A stretch of 38,305 nt of DNA from Candidatus Flemingiibacterium sp. (GTDB lineage: Bacteria; Bacillota; Clostridia; Oscillospirales; CAG-272), in contig JAZRAB010000183.1 of NCBI GenBank assembly GCA_045634345.1, forward strand, positions 1 to 38,305, given 5' to 3'. The notes under the pieces are model-generated. The model had not been told where the DNA came from, searched no databases, and was given only the letters and a program-made list of their open reading frames with translations. Position numbers and translations under genes: made by a program. Positions 1 to 8,553 of the stretch are shown in pieces (within the stretch, counting starts at the first letter, position 1; the number at the start of each line of letters is the position of its first letter).

Positions 1-119
1 CTACTGATGATGTTGAGGATCGCAAGTGGAACAACGGTGAGGTTATCAATACTCTTCGCAAGTTCACCGATGAAGAGAAGGCTTACGACGTTCACTACGA
101 TCTTCAGCTTAAGAGATAA
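1..119 (+). CDS. 3' end of an upstream gene (last 38 codons, ...TDDVEDRKWNNGEVINTLRKFTDEEKAYDVHYDLQLKR*); function not assignable
   Basis: An open frame enters from the window edge (phase of position 3) and ends at TAA 117-119, just upstream of the RBS (aaggggg) of the next gene. It is too short for the ORF track. Confidence 0.4.
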   Translation, partial: TDDVEDRKWNNGEVINTLRKFTDEEKAYDVHYDLQLKR

Positions 120-131
120 GGGGGTACACAA

Positions 132-1016
132 ATGAAATCCGGTTATGTACCTGCGCTCGGCACGCCGCTAGATAAGGACGGCAATCTTGTTGCGGAAAGC
201 TTTAAAAAGCATATAGACGATCAGATAAACGCCGGTGCTGTTGGACTTCTCTGCATGGGAAGCATGGGTAAGGAAGCGTTTATCCGTGACGACGTTTACC
301 CCGAGGTCGCAAAAGCTGCGGTAGAGGCAAATAAAGGTCGCGTTCCGCTTTTTGTCGGAGCCATGGATACTTCGATAGCAAGAGTCAAGAGAAAAATCGC
401 TCCTCTTGAGGACCTTGATATAGACGGGTTTGTGTTTACAGCACCGTTTTATAGTGCTCCAAAGAGACACCAAATGATGAATTTCTTCCGCGGAGTAGCA
501 GCTCTTACAAAGCACAAGATACTGCTTTATGACCTGCCTTCTGTAACACAGGTTAAGATTACATACGATATGGTAATTGAACTTCTTGAAACTGTTCCGA
601 ACTTCGGTGGAATCAAGTCTGCTGATACGGTTATGTTCAGAAAGCTCAAGCTGAATCCGAATGTACCGAAGGACTTTGTTACTGTATATTCAGGACTCGA
701 CATGTGCGACGTTGCGTACAAGTGGGGAATTAACAACTGCCTTGACGGTATGTTCTCCTGTACTCCTTATAATAGCGGTAAGATGGTTCGTGCTATGGAA
801 GCCGGCGACTATATAACTGCTGCGGCTTGTCTTGACAATATTACAGGACTTCGTGATTGCTTTATTGCTAACGATTTGCTGCCCTCATTTACTGCAGCCA
901 TGAATATGCTCGGCTGCGAAGGTAACTTTGAACAGGACTATGACAATCCCCCAACAGAGACAGCAATCAAAAATGTACGTGCAGAGATGATTCGTATCGG
1001 CGAGATTAAAGCTTAA
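132..1016 (+). CDS. DapA/NanA-family class I (Schiff-base) aldolase/lyase
   Basis: 294 aa. It shows the family layout: GTPLDKDG..., GLLCMGSMGKEAF (equivalent to the GTTGE region), LYDLPSVTQ, and the GGIKSAD lysine motif. RBS aaggggg lies 8 nt upstream of the ATG. Confidence 0.8.
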   Translation: MKSGYVPALGTPLDKDGNLVAESFKKHIDDQINAGAVGLLCMGSMGKEAFIRDDVYPEVAKAAVEANKGRVPLFVGAMDTSIARVKRKIAPLEDLDIDGFVFTAPFYSAPKRHQMMNFFRGVAALTKHKILLYDLPSVTQVKITYDMVIELLETVPNFGGIKSADTVMFRKLKLNPNVPKDFVTVYSGLDMCDVAYKWGINNCLDGMFSCTPYNSGKMVRAMEAGDYITAAACLDNITGLRDCFIANDLLPSFTAAMNMLGCEGNFEQDYDNPPTETAIKNVRAEMIRIGEIKA

Positions 1017-1112
1017 AAGGATTGTAAGGTTATATTTCTAAAACCGAAAGAAAGAATTGAAAAGAAAAGTCTATATAGTATGTCTCCCCGAGGAGTCATG
1101 CAAATGGAGTGC

Positions 1113-1145
1113 CTCGCGGCAGTATGGGATTTTTACTGCCGCGAG
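1113..1145 (+). other. Perfect 12-bp GC-rich hairpin in the 222-nt gap between the aldolase and the kinase
   Basis: ctcgcggcagta (1113-1124) pairs with tactgccgcgag (1134-1145) around a 9-nt loop. An outer ggag/ctcc pairing extends it. No U-tract follows. Confidence 0.5.
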
Positions 1146-1238
1146 TCGCCTCCCTACTTGTTTATAAATTGAAGCTTGGATCACCGTTTATTTTTAGTGG
1201 TGATACGGAGCATTTACGTGTGAAAAGAGGTAACAACT

Positions 1239-2690
1239 GTGTCGATTTATCTGGCAATCGATTTAGGCACAACGGGCTGCCGCAGTATTTTGTTTGATGA
1301 TAAGCTGTGTCAGCTGGCTGCCTCATATGAGGAGTATGGGCTTATAACGCCCAGAGAAAAATGGACAGAACAGGATGCAGAGCTTTGGTGGGAGCTGACT
1401 CTGCGTACCTCTGAAAAAGCTATTTCCAAAGCGGGGATATCCGCTAAAGAAATAAAGAGTATTTCGATAAGCTCCCAGGGCATCACGGTCGTGCCTGTTG
1501 ATCGTGACCTGAAACCGCTTTGCAATGCGATGAACTGGCTTGACGTCAGAGCCGAGGAAGAAACGGCACAGATCGAAAAGGATTTTGGCGGAGAGAAAAT
1601 ATTTACACATACAGGCAAAAAAAATTCTCCGGGTTATACTCTGCCAAAGCTTCTTTGGTGGAAAAAACATGAGCCGGAAATGTTCAAAAGCGCATGGAAA
1701 TTCCTTATGCCGATGGATTTCCTTGTGGCAAGATTTACCGGCAACTGCATAACCGATCACAGTATGGCGTCGGGAACGCTGATGTATGACCTCAAGAATC
1801 TCGCTTGGAGTCGTGAGATACTCGATTTTTACGGTATTGACGAAGAAAAACTCCCGAGTCTTGCTTTTGCCGGAGAATCGGCAGGGGGCGTTCTTCCGGA
1901 GGTTGCCGAGAGACTTGGGCTCAGCAAGGACTGTGTTGTCGGAGTTGGTGCGCAGGATCAGAAGTGCGCGGCTTACGGTGTCGGACTGAGCGATGGAGTT
2001 ATGACTATTTCTCTCGGTACGGCGGCGGCTATCACGAAGCTGTGGAGAGAGGCAAATACCGAAACAAATACCAGCGTCGGCTGGTGCGGATATGTTGAGC
2101 CGAACTCTTTCGTCACCGAGGGCACGATCGGCACAGCAGGTACTTGCCTGCGTTTTACGCGCGATTTAATGTTTAAAGATGAAGATTACATTACCATAGA
2201 CCGGGAGGCAGAAGAAGCACGTGATCGCGGAAGCTCACTTATCTTTCTTCCGTATATGACAGGAACCTCCGAAACAGAGGATTCTCTTTCGGAGCAGGGC
2301 TGCTTTTACGGTGTAAACCTCGCCACGACAAGAGGCGATTTTGCGCTGGCGGTGATGGAGGGCATTGCTTTTCAGATGCGTGCCATTCTTGAAACGATGG
2401 AGGCTTATGGTAATATACATACATTGATACTTCTCGGTGGAGGAGCAAAGAGTAAGCTTTGGTCGCAGATAATTGCCGATGTCACCGGCATGCAGCTTAA
2501 GGTGCCAACGGTTATTGAGGCAGCAGGCGCCGGAGCCGCGAGACTTGCGGCAAAGGCTGTTGGTGATGATATACCGCCGCTTGAAACGGCAGGTGTTTAT
2601 ACACCGTCTGAACTGACCGAAGCATATGAGAGAAAATACAGAAAATTCAGAAATATCAAAGCGAAGCTTTGGGGGAATGAGGGAAAATGA
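1239..2690 (+). CDS. FGGY-family carbohydrate kinase (xylulokinase/glycerol-kinase-like)
   Basis: 483 aa with a GTG start preceded by aagagg. N-terminal YLAIDLGTTGCR phosphate-1 motif, and a C-terminal GGGAKSKLWSQIIADV motif typical of FGGY kinases. Confidence 0.85.
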   Translation: MSIYLAIDLGTTGCRSILFDDKLCQLAASYEEYGLITPREKWTEQDAELWWELTLRTSEKAISKAGISAKEIKSISISSQGITVVPVDRDLKPLCNAMNWLDVRAEEETAQIEKDFGGEKIFTHTGKKNSPGYTLPKLLWWKKHEPEMFKSAWKFLMPMDFLVARFTGNCITDHSMASGTLMYDLKNLAWSREILDFYGIDEEKLPSLAFAGESAGGVLPEVAERLGLSKDCVVGVGAQDQKCAAYGVGLSDGVMTISLGTAAAITKLWREANTETNTSVGWCGYVEPNSFVTEGTIGTAGTCLRFTRDLMFKDEDYITIDREAEEARDRGSSLIFLPYMTGTSETEDSLSEQGCFYGVNLATTRGDFALAVMEGIAFQMRAILETMEAYGNIHTLILLGGGAKSKLWSQIIADVTGMQLKVPTVIEAAGAGAARLAAKAVGDDIPPLETAGVYTPSELTEAYERKYRKFRNIKAKLWGNEGK

Positions 2691-3841
2691 TGACGGCAAT
2701 AAAAAATGCTCGTGTTGTACTTGAGCATGAAGTCATAGAAAACGGCGTTGTGCTGATAGAGAATGACCGCATCGCGGCAGTTGGTGCTGCCAACGAGGTT
2801 AAGATTCCCGAATCCGCAGACGTTTATGATGCCAATGGACTCTATGTAGGTCCGGGATTCGTTGATATCCACGTGCATGGTGGAAACGGACACCTCTTCT
2901 ATGAGAATCCGATTGCCGCGGCAGAGCACTTTTTGGCTCACGGAGAGACTACTGTTCTGGCAACGCTGTATTATGATCTCACCAAGGAGGAGTTCATTGA
3001 TTCCATTGAGCGCGTTAAAGCGGCGATGGGGCAGGGGATGGCAGGCAATGCTATAGGCGGCTTCTATATGGAAGGACCGTATATGAACCCCAAGTACGGT
3101 GCTCAAATTGAAAAAAACAAGTGGAGAGGCGAGATCAAGGCAGAGGATTACACCGATGTCGTTGAGGCGGCGGGCGAGCACGCCAAGGTCTGGGCAATAG
3201 CTCCTGAACGCGAGGGACTTGAACCGTTCCTCACAAAAGCAAAGCTTGTAAATCCGGGCGCAGTATTCGCGGTCGGACACAGTGAGGCAACGCCGGCACA
3301 GGTACAGGCTCTCAAAAAGTACGGGATCGGTCTGCAGACACACTGTATGAACGCAACCGGTCGCCGAACACCGACGAGCGGCGGCACACGAAGCTGTGGC
3401 CCTGATGAGGCATGTCTTATGGATAACGATATCTACTGTGAGATGATCTGCGATTCGCAGGGCATCCACGTTGCGGCAGATATGCAGCAGTTTATAATTT
3501 CAGTCAAGGGAATTGACAAGGTCGTGCTTATCTCCGACAGCTATGTCAGCGATGAGCCGACACCGCCGCAGTTTGCGCATATCACCGATCTGCAATTTGA
3601 CGCAACCGGCGGACTTTGCGGAAGCAAGCTTACGCTTGACAAGGCGTGCGCTAATGTTATGAAGCATATCGGATGCAGTATATGTGATGCGTTTCTTATG
3701 GCATCCCGCAATCCTGCGAGAGCTGTCGGAATGGGCAGCGAGCTTGGAAGCATCACAGTTGGCAAGAGAGCGGATATAGTTATTGTCGATGACGGATTTA
3801 ATGTTGAAAATGTTATGCTGAAAGGCAAACTTTTAAAATAA
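2687..3841 (+). CDS. NagA-like amidohydrolase (N-acetyl-amino-sugar-6-phosphate deacetylase family)
   Basis: 384 aa. GFVDIHVHGGNGH metal-binding motif near residue 60, and overall length and layout as in NagA. The ATGA overlap with the kinase stop indicates translational coupling. Confidence 0.75.
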   Translation: MMTAIKNARVVLEHEVIENGVVLIENDRIAAVGAANEVKIPESADVYDANGLYVGPGFVDIHVHGGNGHLFYENPIAAAEHFLAHGETTVLATLYYDLTKEEFIDSIERVKAAMGQGMAGNAIGGFYMEGPYMNPKYGAQIEKNKWRGEIKAEDYTDVVEAAGEHAKVWAIAPEREGLEPFLTKAKLVNPGAVFAVGHSEATPAQVQALKKYGIGLQTHCMNATGRRTPTSGGTRSCGPDEACLMDNDIYCEMICDSQGIHVAADMQQFIISVKGIDKVVLISDSYVSDEPTPPQFAHITDLQFDATGGLCGSKLTLDKACANVMKHIGCSICDAFLMASRNPARAVGMGSELGSITVGKRADIVIVDDGFNVENVMLKGKLLK

Positions 3842-3865
3842 TTCTAAAAAAGGAAGGTAATTATT

Positions 3866-5200
3866 ATGTTAAAAGCTGGAATGACAAGAGTTGATATCAC
3901 ACCTGAGCAGGGCATAGAGCTTGAAGGTTATCCTCACTATCCAAGATACAATACCGGTGCACACGATCCGCTGTATGCGGCTTGTATGTATCTTAATAAC
4001 GGCAAAGAAGAGATCGCAATGGTTACTCTTGACCTCTTGTTCTTCTCGAAGATATATGTTGCGGAAGTGCGCCGTAAAGTAGAAGAAAAGTGTGGTCTCA
4101 AGGGTGCTAACATCATGTTCAGTTGCTCACATACACACTCCGGTCCTGCGGCATCCGGCTTCATCGATGTTGAGGATCTTGAAAAGGGAAGAGAGCAGCC
4201 GATGGATTACATCAACAGTCTTATTGCAAAGCTTGTTGATATTATCGTTGAAGCAAAAACAAATGCATTTGACGGATATTTTGCTTACGGTACTGCTATC
4301 TGCGGTGCTGAATCGGGCGTTGGCGGAAATCGCCGTATGCCGGGCGGACCGCATGATCCGCTGGTAAGCGTTATGGCGGTAAAGGACACAAATGATGTCG
4401 TTCGCGGCGCACTTGTAAACTACACTCTCCATCCGACGTTTATTCACGAATGGAGCACTGTCTGTACAGCTGACTATCCTGCTTACCTCAAAATGCAGAT
4501 TGAAGAAGTATATCCGAATGCTCTTACCGGCTTCTCGCAGGGATGCTCTGGCAATCAGTCGAGCCGTTACTATCGTCAGGGCGAAAGCTATGATGAGGCA
4601 GAGCGCGTAGGACGCGCTATCGGTAAAGCGGCTAATACCGTTATCGCAAAGGCAAATTGGATGAACGACTTCGAGATTAAGACTGCGTCCAAGGAGATTG
4701 AGATCGATACTCGCAACTTCGGCACAGAGGAAGAGCTTGTTGCGCAGGTTGAAAGAGATACCGCAATTTATAAGGAGCTTTACGCAAAGTACGGTCAGTC
4801 CACTAACCGCGACGAATACTATCTCTGGCAGAATGCTAACCTCAAGTGCCTCGGCTCGGAAAATCAGCTCGGTTATGTACGTATTCAGAACAAGGGCATT
4901 AAGATCGAGATGCTCGAGGATGAAAATCCTGCTGAAATTCAGGTGTTCAACATTGGCGGAGTCGCTGTTGTCGGATTCCCGGGTGAGGCGTTCGTTGAGT
5001 ACGGCCTCTACATAAAGGCAATGGCAGGCTTCGGTATGGTCGTTGTAAACGAGCTTACCAACGGTGACCTTCCGGGCTATATGTACACACCAGAGTCTAT
5101 TGTTACCGGCGGTTACGAGACAGATACTTCCATGCTTGCCCCCGGATTCGGACGCAAGGTTGTTGATACTGTTCTTGAGGTCGCTGAGCTTGTAAAATAA
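3866..5200 (+). CDS. Hydrolase resembling the neutral/alkaline (non-lysosomal) ceramidase N-terminal domain family, paralogue 1
   Basis: 444 aa. Motifs seen: ITP..G..L.GYP, GAHDPLYA, CSHTHSGP and GGNRR.PGGPHDP. It is collinear with the next gene. The family call is from memory of PF04734-like proteins and is unverified. Confidence 0.55.
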   Translation: MLKAGMTRVDITPEQGIELEGYPHYPRYNTGAHDPLYAACMYLNNGKEEIAMVTLDLLFFSKIYVAEVRRKVEEKCGLKGANIMFSCSHTHSGPAASGFIDVEDLEKGREQPMDYINSLIAKLVDIIVEAKTNAFDGYFAYGTAICGAESGVGGNRRMPGGPHDPLVSVMAVKDTNDVVRGALVNYTLHPTFIHEWSTVCTADYPAYLKMQIEEVYPNALTGFSQGCSGNQSSRYYRQGESYDEAERVGRAIGKAANTVIAKANWMNDFEIKTASKEIEIDTRNFGTEEELVAQVERDTAIYKELYAKYGQSTNRDEYYLWQNANLKCLGSENQLGYVRIQNKGIKIEMLEDENPAEIQVFNIGGVAVVGFPGEAFVEYGLYIKAMAGFGMVVVNELTNGDLPGYMYTPESIVTGGYETDTSMLAPGFGRKVVDTVLEVAELVK

Positions 5201-5225
5201 ATTTAGTTAAAGAAAGGAAAACATT

Positions 5226-6560
5226 ATGCTTAAGACCGGATTTGCAAGAACAGATATAACACCTCCCCGGGGACTTTCGCTGATGGGATATCCGCACTAT
5301 GACAGATTTAATACCGGTGCACACGATCCGCTTTATGCGGCTTGTATGTATCTCGACAACGGTGAAAACGCCGTTGCTATGGTAACGCTTGACCTCCTTT
5401 ATTTCTCAAAGCCGTATGTAATGAAGGTTCGCAAGCTCGCCGAGGAAAAATGCGGTATCAACGGTGAAAATATTATGATCACCTGCACGCATACACATTC
5501 CGGTCCACGTGCATATAAAATGGTCGCTGACGATGATCCTGCAACTGCTGACCCGAAGCGTGATGCATATGTTGAGGATATTATCGTTAAGATAGCTGAC
5601 CTTGTTGCAGAGGCGAAGAATACCGCATTTGACGGAGAATTTGCGTACAATGTGGCACTTTGCGGCGCAGAGCAGGGTGTTGGCGGCAACCGCCGTGTAC
5701 CCGGTGGACCACACGATCCGCTTGTTTCCGTAATGGCTGTAAAGGACATGAAGGGCGATCTTCGCGGCGTGCTCGTGAACTATTCGCTTCATCCGACATT
5801 TATTCATGAGTGGGTAAACGAATGTACCGCGGACTATCCTGCGTATGTTAAGATGCAGGTTGAGGAAACTTATCCCACTGCACTTTCCGGATTCGGTCAG
5901 GGTGCATCGGGCAATCAGTCGAGTCGTTATTACCGTAAGGGTGAGAGCTTCGACGAGGCAGAGCGCGTAGGACGCGCTATCGGTAAGGCTGCCTGTGAAG
6001 CTATCGCAAAGATGAAGTGGCTCTCTGACATCGAAATCAAGACAGTATCCACCACAATGGAGATGGAGCTTCGTGATTTTGGTCCGATTGAGGAACTCGA
6101 AAAGCAGGTTGAGCATGATACTGCCGTGTACAAGGAGCTTTATGCAAAGTACGGCAAGTCGGAAAAGCGCGAGGAATACCTGCTTTGGCAAAATGCAAAC
6201 CTTAAGTGCCTCGGCTCGGAGAACAAACTTGCGTATGCACTGAAGATAAAGAACGGCGAAAAGCTTGACCGTCTTCAGGACGAAAGCCCGGTTGAGCTTC
6301 AAGCGTTCAATCTCGGCGGACTCTGCGTGATCGGCGTTCCCGGCGAGATGTTCGTGGAATATGCGCTTTATGTTAAAGCAATGGCAGGCTTTGGTATGGT
6401 TATTTTCAATGAAACAACTAACGGCTGCTTGCCCGGATATGTACATACTCCGGAGGCGCTTACTTTTGGTGGATATGAGACAGATACCTCTGTAATTGGG
6501 GAGAAATTCGGTCAGCATATAGTTAAAAAAATACTCGATACAGTCGAAAAAATAAAATAA
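5226..6560 (+). CDS. Ceramidase-like hydrolase, paralogue 2 (tandem duplicate of 3866-5200)
   Basis: 444 aa, gap-free alignment by eye with the preceding protein at roughly two-thirds identity. Same motifs (CTHTHSGP, GGNRRVPGGPHDP). Confidence 0.55.
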   Translation: MLKTGFARTDITPPRGLSLMGYPHYDRFNTGAHDPLYAACMYLDNGENAVAMVTLDLLYFSKPYVMKVRKLAEEKCGINGENIMITCTHTHSGPRAYKMVADDDPATADPKRDAYVEDIIVKIADLVAEAKNTAFDGEFAYNVALCGAEQGVGGNRRVPGGPHDPLVSVMAVKDMKGDLRGVLVNYSLHPTFIHEWVNECTADYPAYVKMQVEETYPTALSGFGQGASGNQSSRYYRKGESFDEAERVGRAIGKAACEAIAKMKWLSDIEIKTVSTTMEMELRDFGPIEELEKQVEHDTAVYKELYAKYGKSEKREEYLLWQNANLKCLGSENKLAYALKIKNGEKLDRLQDESPVELQAFNLGGLCVIGVPGEMFVEYALYVKAMAGFGMVIFNETTNGCLPGYVHTPEALTFGGYETDTSVIGEKFGQHIVKKILDTVEKIK

Positions 6561-6578
6561 TTTAGGAGGATCATCACA

Positions 6579-7541
6579 ATGATTAACGGACCAGACAACT
6601 TCACATTTAAACCAGCAGATTTTTATCCTTTCAGGGATACTGAGGATATTGCTCGTGTTCGTGCAATTACCAAGGAAGACATTATCGCAATGAACGGCAA
6701 GCATCCCACTTCTCCTACAATGCAGATTCATCTGCCCCGTCCCGAGGAAATGGCGATCATAATGGTTGCCGATATTGTACAGCGTATCGTCGATTCGGAC
6801 AGATATGACAAGAAGTGTGTCATGATTATGCCGAACCCCAATACCGGTTATATTCAGGCGGCACACATTCTCAAAAAGCTGAAGGTGAATTGCCGCAATG
6901 TCAAGTTCTATATGATGGACGAGTGGGCAGACGAGGACGGCAATATAGCACCTCTCTCCTATAAGCAGGGCTTCGGTAATGCTTTCTACCGTTTCATGGT
7001 ATCGGAGATTCTCGAGCTCGGTTTCAAGGAAGAAAACTTTATCTATCACAGCAATAAGATTACCCCCGACTATTCGAAGATGCTCGAAGCTGACGGTGAG
7101 GCTGATATTGTTTACTCCGGTCCCGGATGGCCCGGTCATCTCGCATTTATTGATCCTGTTGAGGATTGGTATAAGCCTACCATGGAAGAGTATCTCGCGC
7201 AGGGCGCAAAGGTTGCAAGTCTCCATCCGCTTACTATCGCACAGAACTCCCTCCACGGCTCATTTGGTTGCTCCGGCGATATCGCAAAGGTTCCGCCGAA
7301 GGGGGCAATGATGGGTCCGAGAGACGCTATGAAGGCAAAAGAGGTTTACGACTTCCACGGAATCACTACCGCAGGTACCCATGTTACTTGGCAGAGACTG
7401 ACTTCTCGCCTCTGCATTTTCGGCAAGCCGAGCCAGGAAGTTCCCGCATCCATACTCCAACTCCGCGATAAGCCTACTCATGTATTCATGAGCGAGCAGA
7501 ATGCGGCTACAATTGAACCTGATTACTTCTTCCAGTATTGA
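6579..7541 (+). CDS. NagB/6-phosphogluconolactonase-superfamily sugar-phosphate isomerase/deaminase-like protein
   Basis: 320 aa. Segments align by eye to E. coli NagB: MMDEW (NMDEY), SGPGWPGHLAFIDP (GGVGNDGHIAFNEP) and PPKGAMMG (PKYALTVG). It carries a long N-terminal extension. Confidence 0.6.
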   Translation: MINGPDNFTFKPADFYPFRDTEDIARVRAITKEDIIAMNGKHPTSPTMQIHLPRPEEMAIIMVADIVQRIVDSDRYDKKCVMIMPNPNTGYIQAAHILKKLKVNCRNVKFYMMDEWADEDGNIAPLSYKQGFGNAFYRFMVSEILELGFKEENFIYHSNKITPDYSKMLEADGEADIVYSGPGWPGHLAFIDPVEDWYKPTMEEYLAQGAKVASLHPLTIAQNSLHGSFGCSGDIAKVPPKGAMMGPRDAMKAKEVYDFHGITTAGTHVTWQRLTSRLCIFGKPSQEVPASILQLRDKPTHVFMSEQNAATIEPDYFFQY

Positions 7542-7564
7542 TTTTGTGGAGAAAGGTTGCATAT

Positions 7565-8497
7565 ATGATTTCATGTACGGAATTTATACCTGCTTATAGC
7601 GAGCTTTTTACTTACCTTGAGGACAATTACGGCAGAGCCGAGGTTGATCGCTTCTGGAAGTATCTTTTTGAGCCGACGGGCAACGGGATTCCACTTATCA
7701 ATTTCGTGAAAAAGGAAGGTATCCGAGGCTGCTTCTCATATTGGTCAGGAACCCTCACCGAGGAAGCCTCGGACTGCACTATTTATCTTAACGAAAAAGC
7801 CGGCTGGTTCATGAATGTTATGTATAAATGTCCCTCGAAGGGAAGACTCCTTAAATTGAAAGATGAGATCGGAATTGAACCGTATCACGACTACTGTCTG
7901 CACTGTGACTGCTATCGCGCGGCAATAGAACAGGTAGGACTTAAGTACATGTACAATTTCCAAGGCGTCGATCATGCTGCTTGCTCACTCATTATATACG
8001 ATCCAAAGGTTTTCGACGGACGCATAATAATCGATGAGAATACGGAAAAGCTCGAGGTGCGTGCTTCGGAGAACGAGTACTTCCACCGCGATTTCCACAG
8101 CAGCATGAATATGGGTATTCATTACCTCGGTGAAAATTACGGTCTTACGGTGGTTGAGGATTATCTTGCACGCTATACCAAAAACGTGTACAGAAAAGAG
8201 ATTGCGGATATCGAAAAGGGCGGCATTGATGCTATTGCGGATAAGATATGCGATACCTACGAAAAAGAAAAATCTCCCGACGCAGTAGAGCTTGTGCGTG
8301 ACGGTGCAAGGCTTACCGTCAATGTGAAGTATTGCCCGGCAGTAAAGCATCTGAAAGCAACCGGACGAGTTGTTTCGCCGTGGTATCGTTATACTACAGA
8401 AGTTGTGATGGAAACTCTCGCAAAAGCGGCGGGGGCAAGCTTTAAAATGCTGTCTTACGACGAAGAGAACGGTGCGGCTTGCTACACTTTTGAGTGA
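7565..8497 (+). CDS. Uncharacterised Cys-motif protein, paralogue 1 (two-module; possible ATC-hydrolase/V4R-like fold)
   Basis: 310 aa counted from ATG 7565. An aaagg RBS-like element precedes it and the start context is identical to that of its paralogue, so the track's upstream start at 7538 is rejected. Conserved KCPSKG...YC.HCD...AAC signature in the N-terminal half, and YCP...AACYTFE in the C-terminal half. Confidence 0.6.
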   Translation: MISCTEFIPAYSELFTYLEDNYGRAEVDRFWKYLFEPTGNGIPLINFVKKEGIRGCFSYWSGTLTEEASDCTIYLNEKAGWFMNVMYKCPSKGRLLKLKDEIGIEPYHDYCLHCDCYRAAIEQVGLKYMYNFQGVDHAACSLIIYDPKVFDGRIIIDENTEKLEVRASENEYFHRDFHSSMNMGIHYLGENYGLTVVEDYLARYTKNVYRKEIADIEKGGIDAIADKICDTYEKEKSPDAVELVRDGARLTVNVKYCPAVKHLKATGRVVSPWYRYTTEVVMETLAKAAGASFKMLSYDEENGAACYTFE

Positions 8498-8553
8498 GCG
8501 ATTTTGTAATGTTATTATTTGTAAAAGTGATTTGTTGAAAAGAGGTTGTATAT

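Noticed and set aside
5406-7256. A 616-aa ORF on the minus strand spanning the second ceramidase-like gene and the NagB-like gene. Similar long antisense ORFs occur at 2597-3469, 11285-12025, 19837-20412 and 36677-37438.
   Set aside because: It is codon-aligned antisense to well-supported plus-strand genes. In that phase antisense stops arise only from the sense codons TTA, CTA and TCA, which this genome's codon usage avoids. The translated sequence is compositionally odd, has no RBS or promoter, and shows no recognisable motif. It is a shadow ORF.
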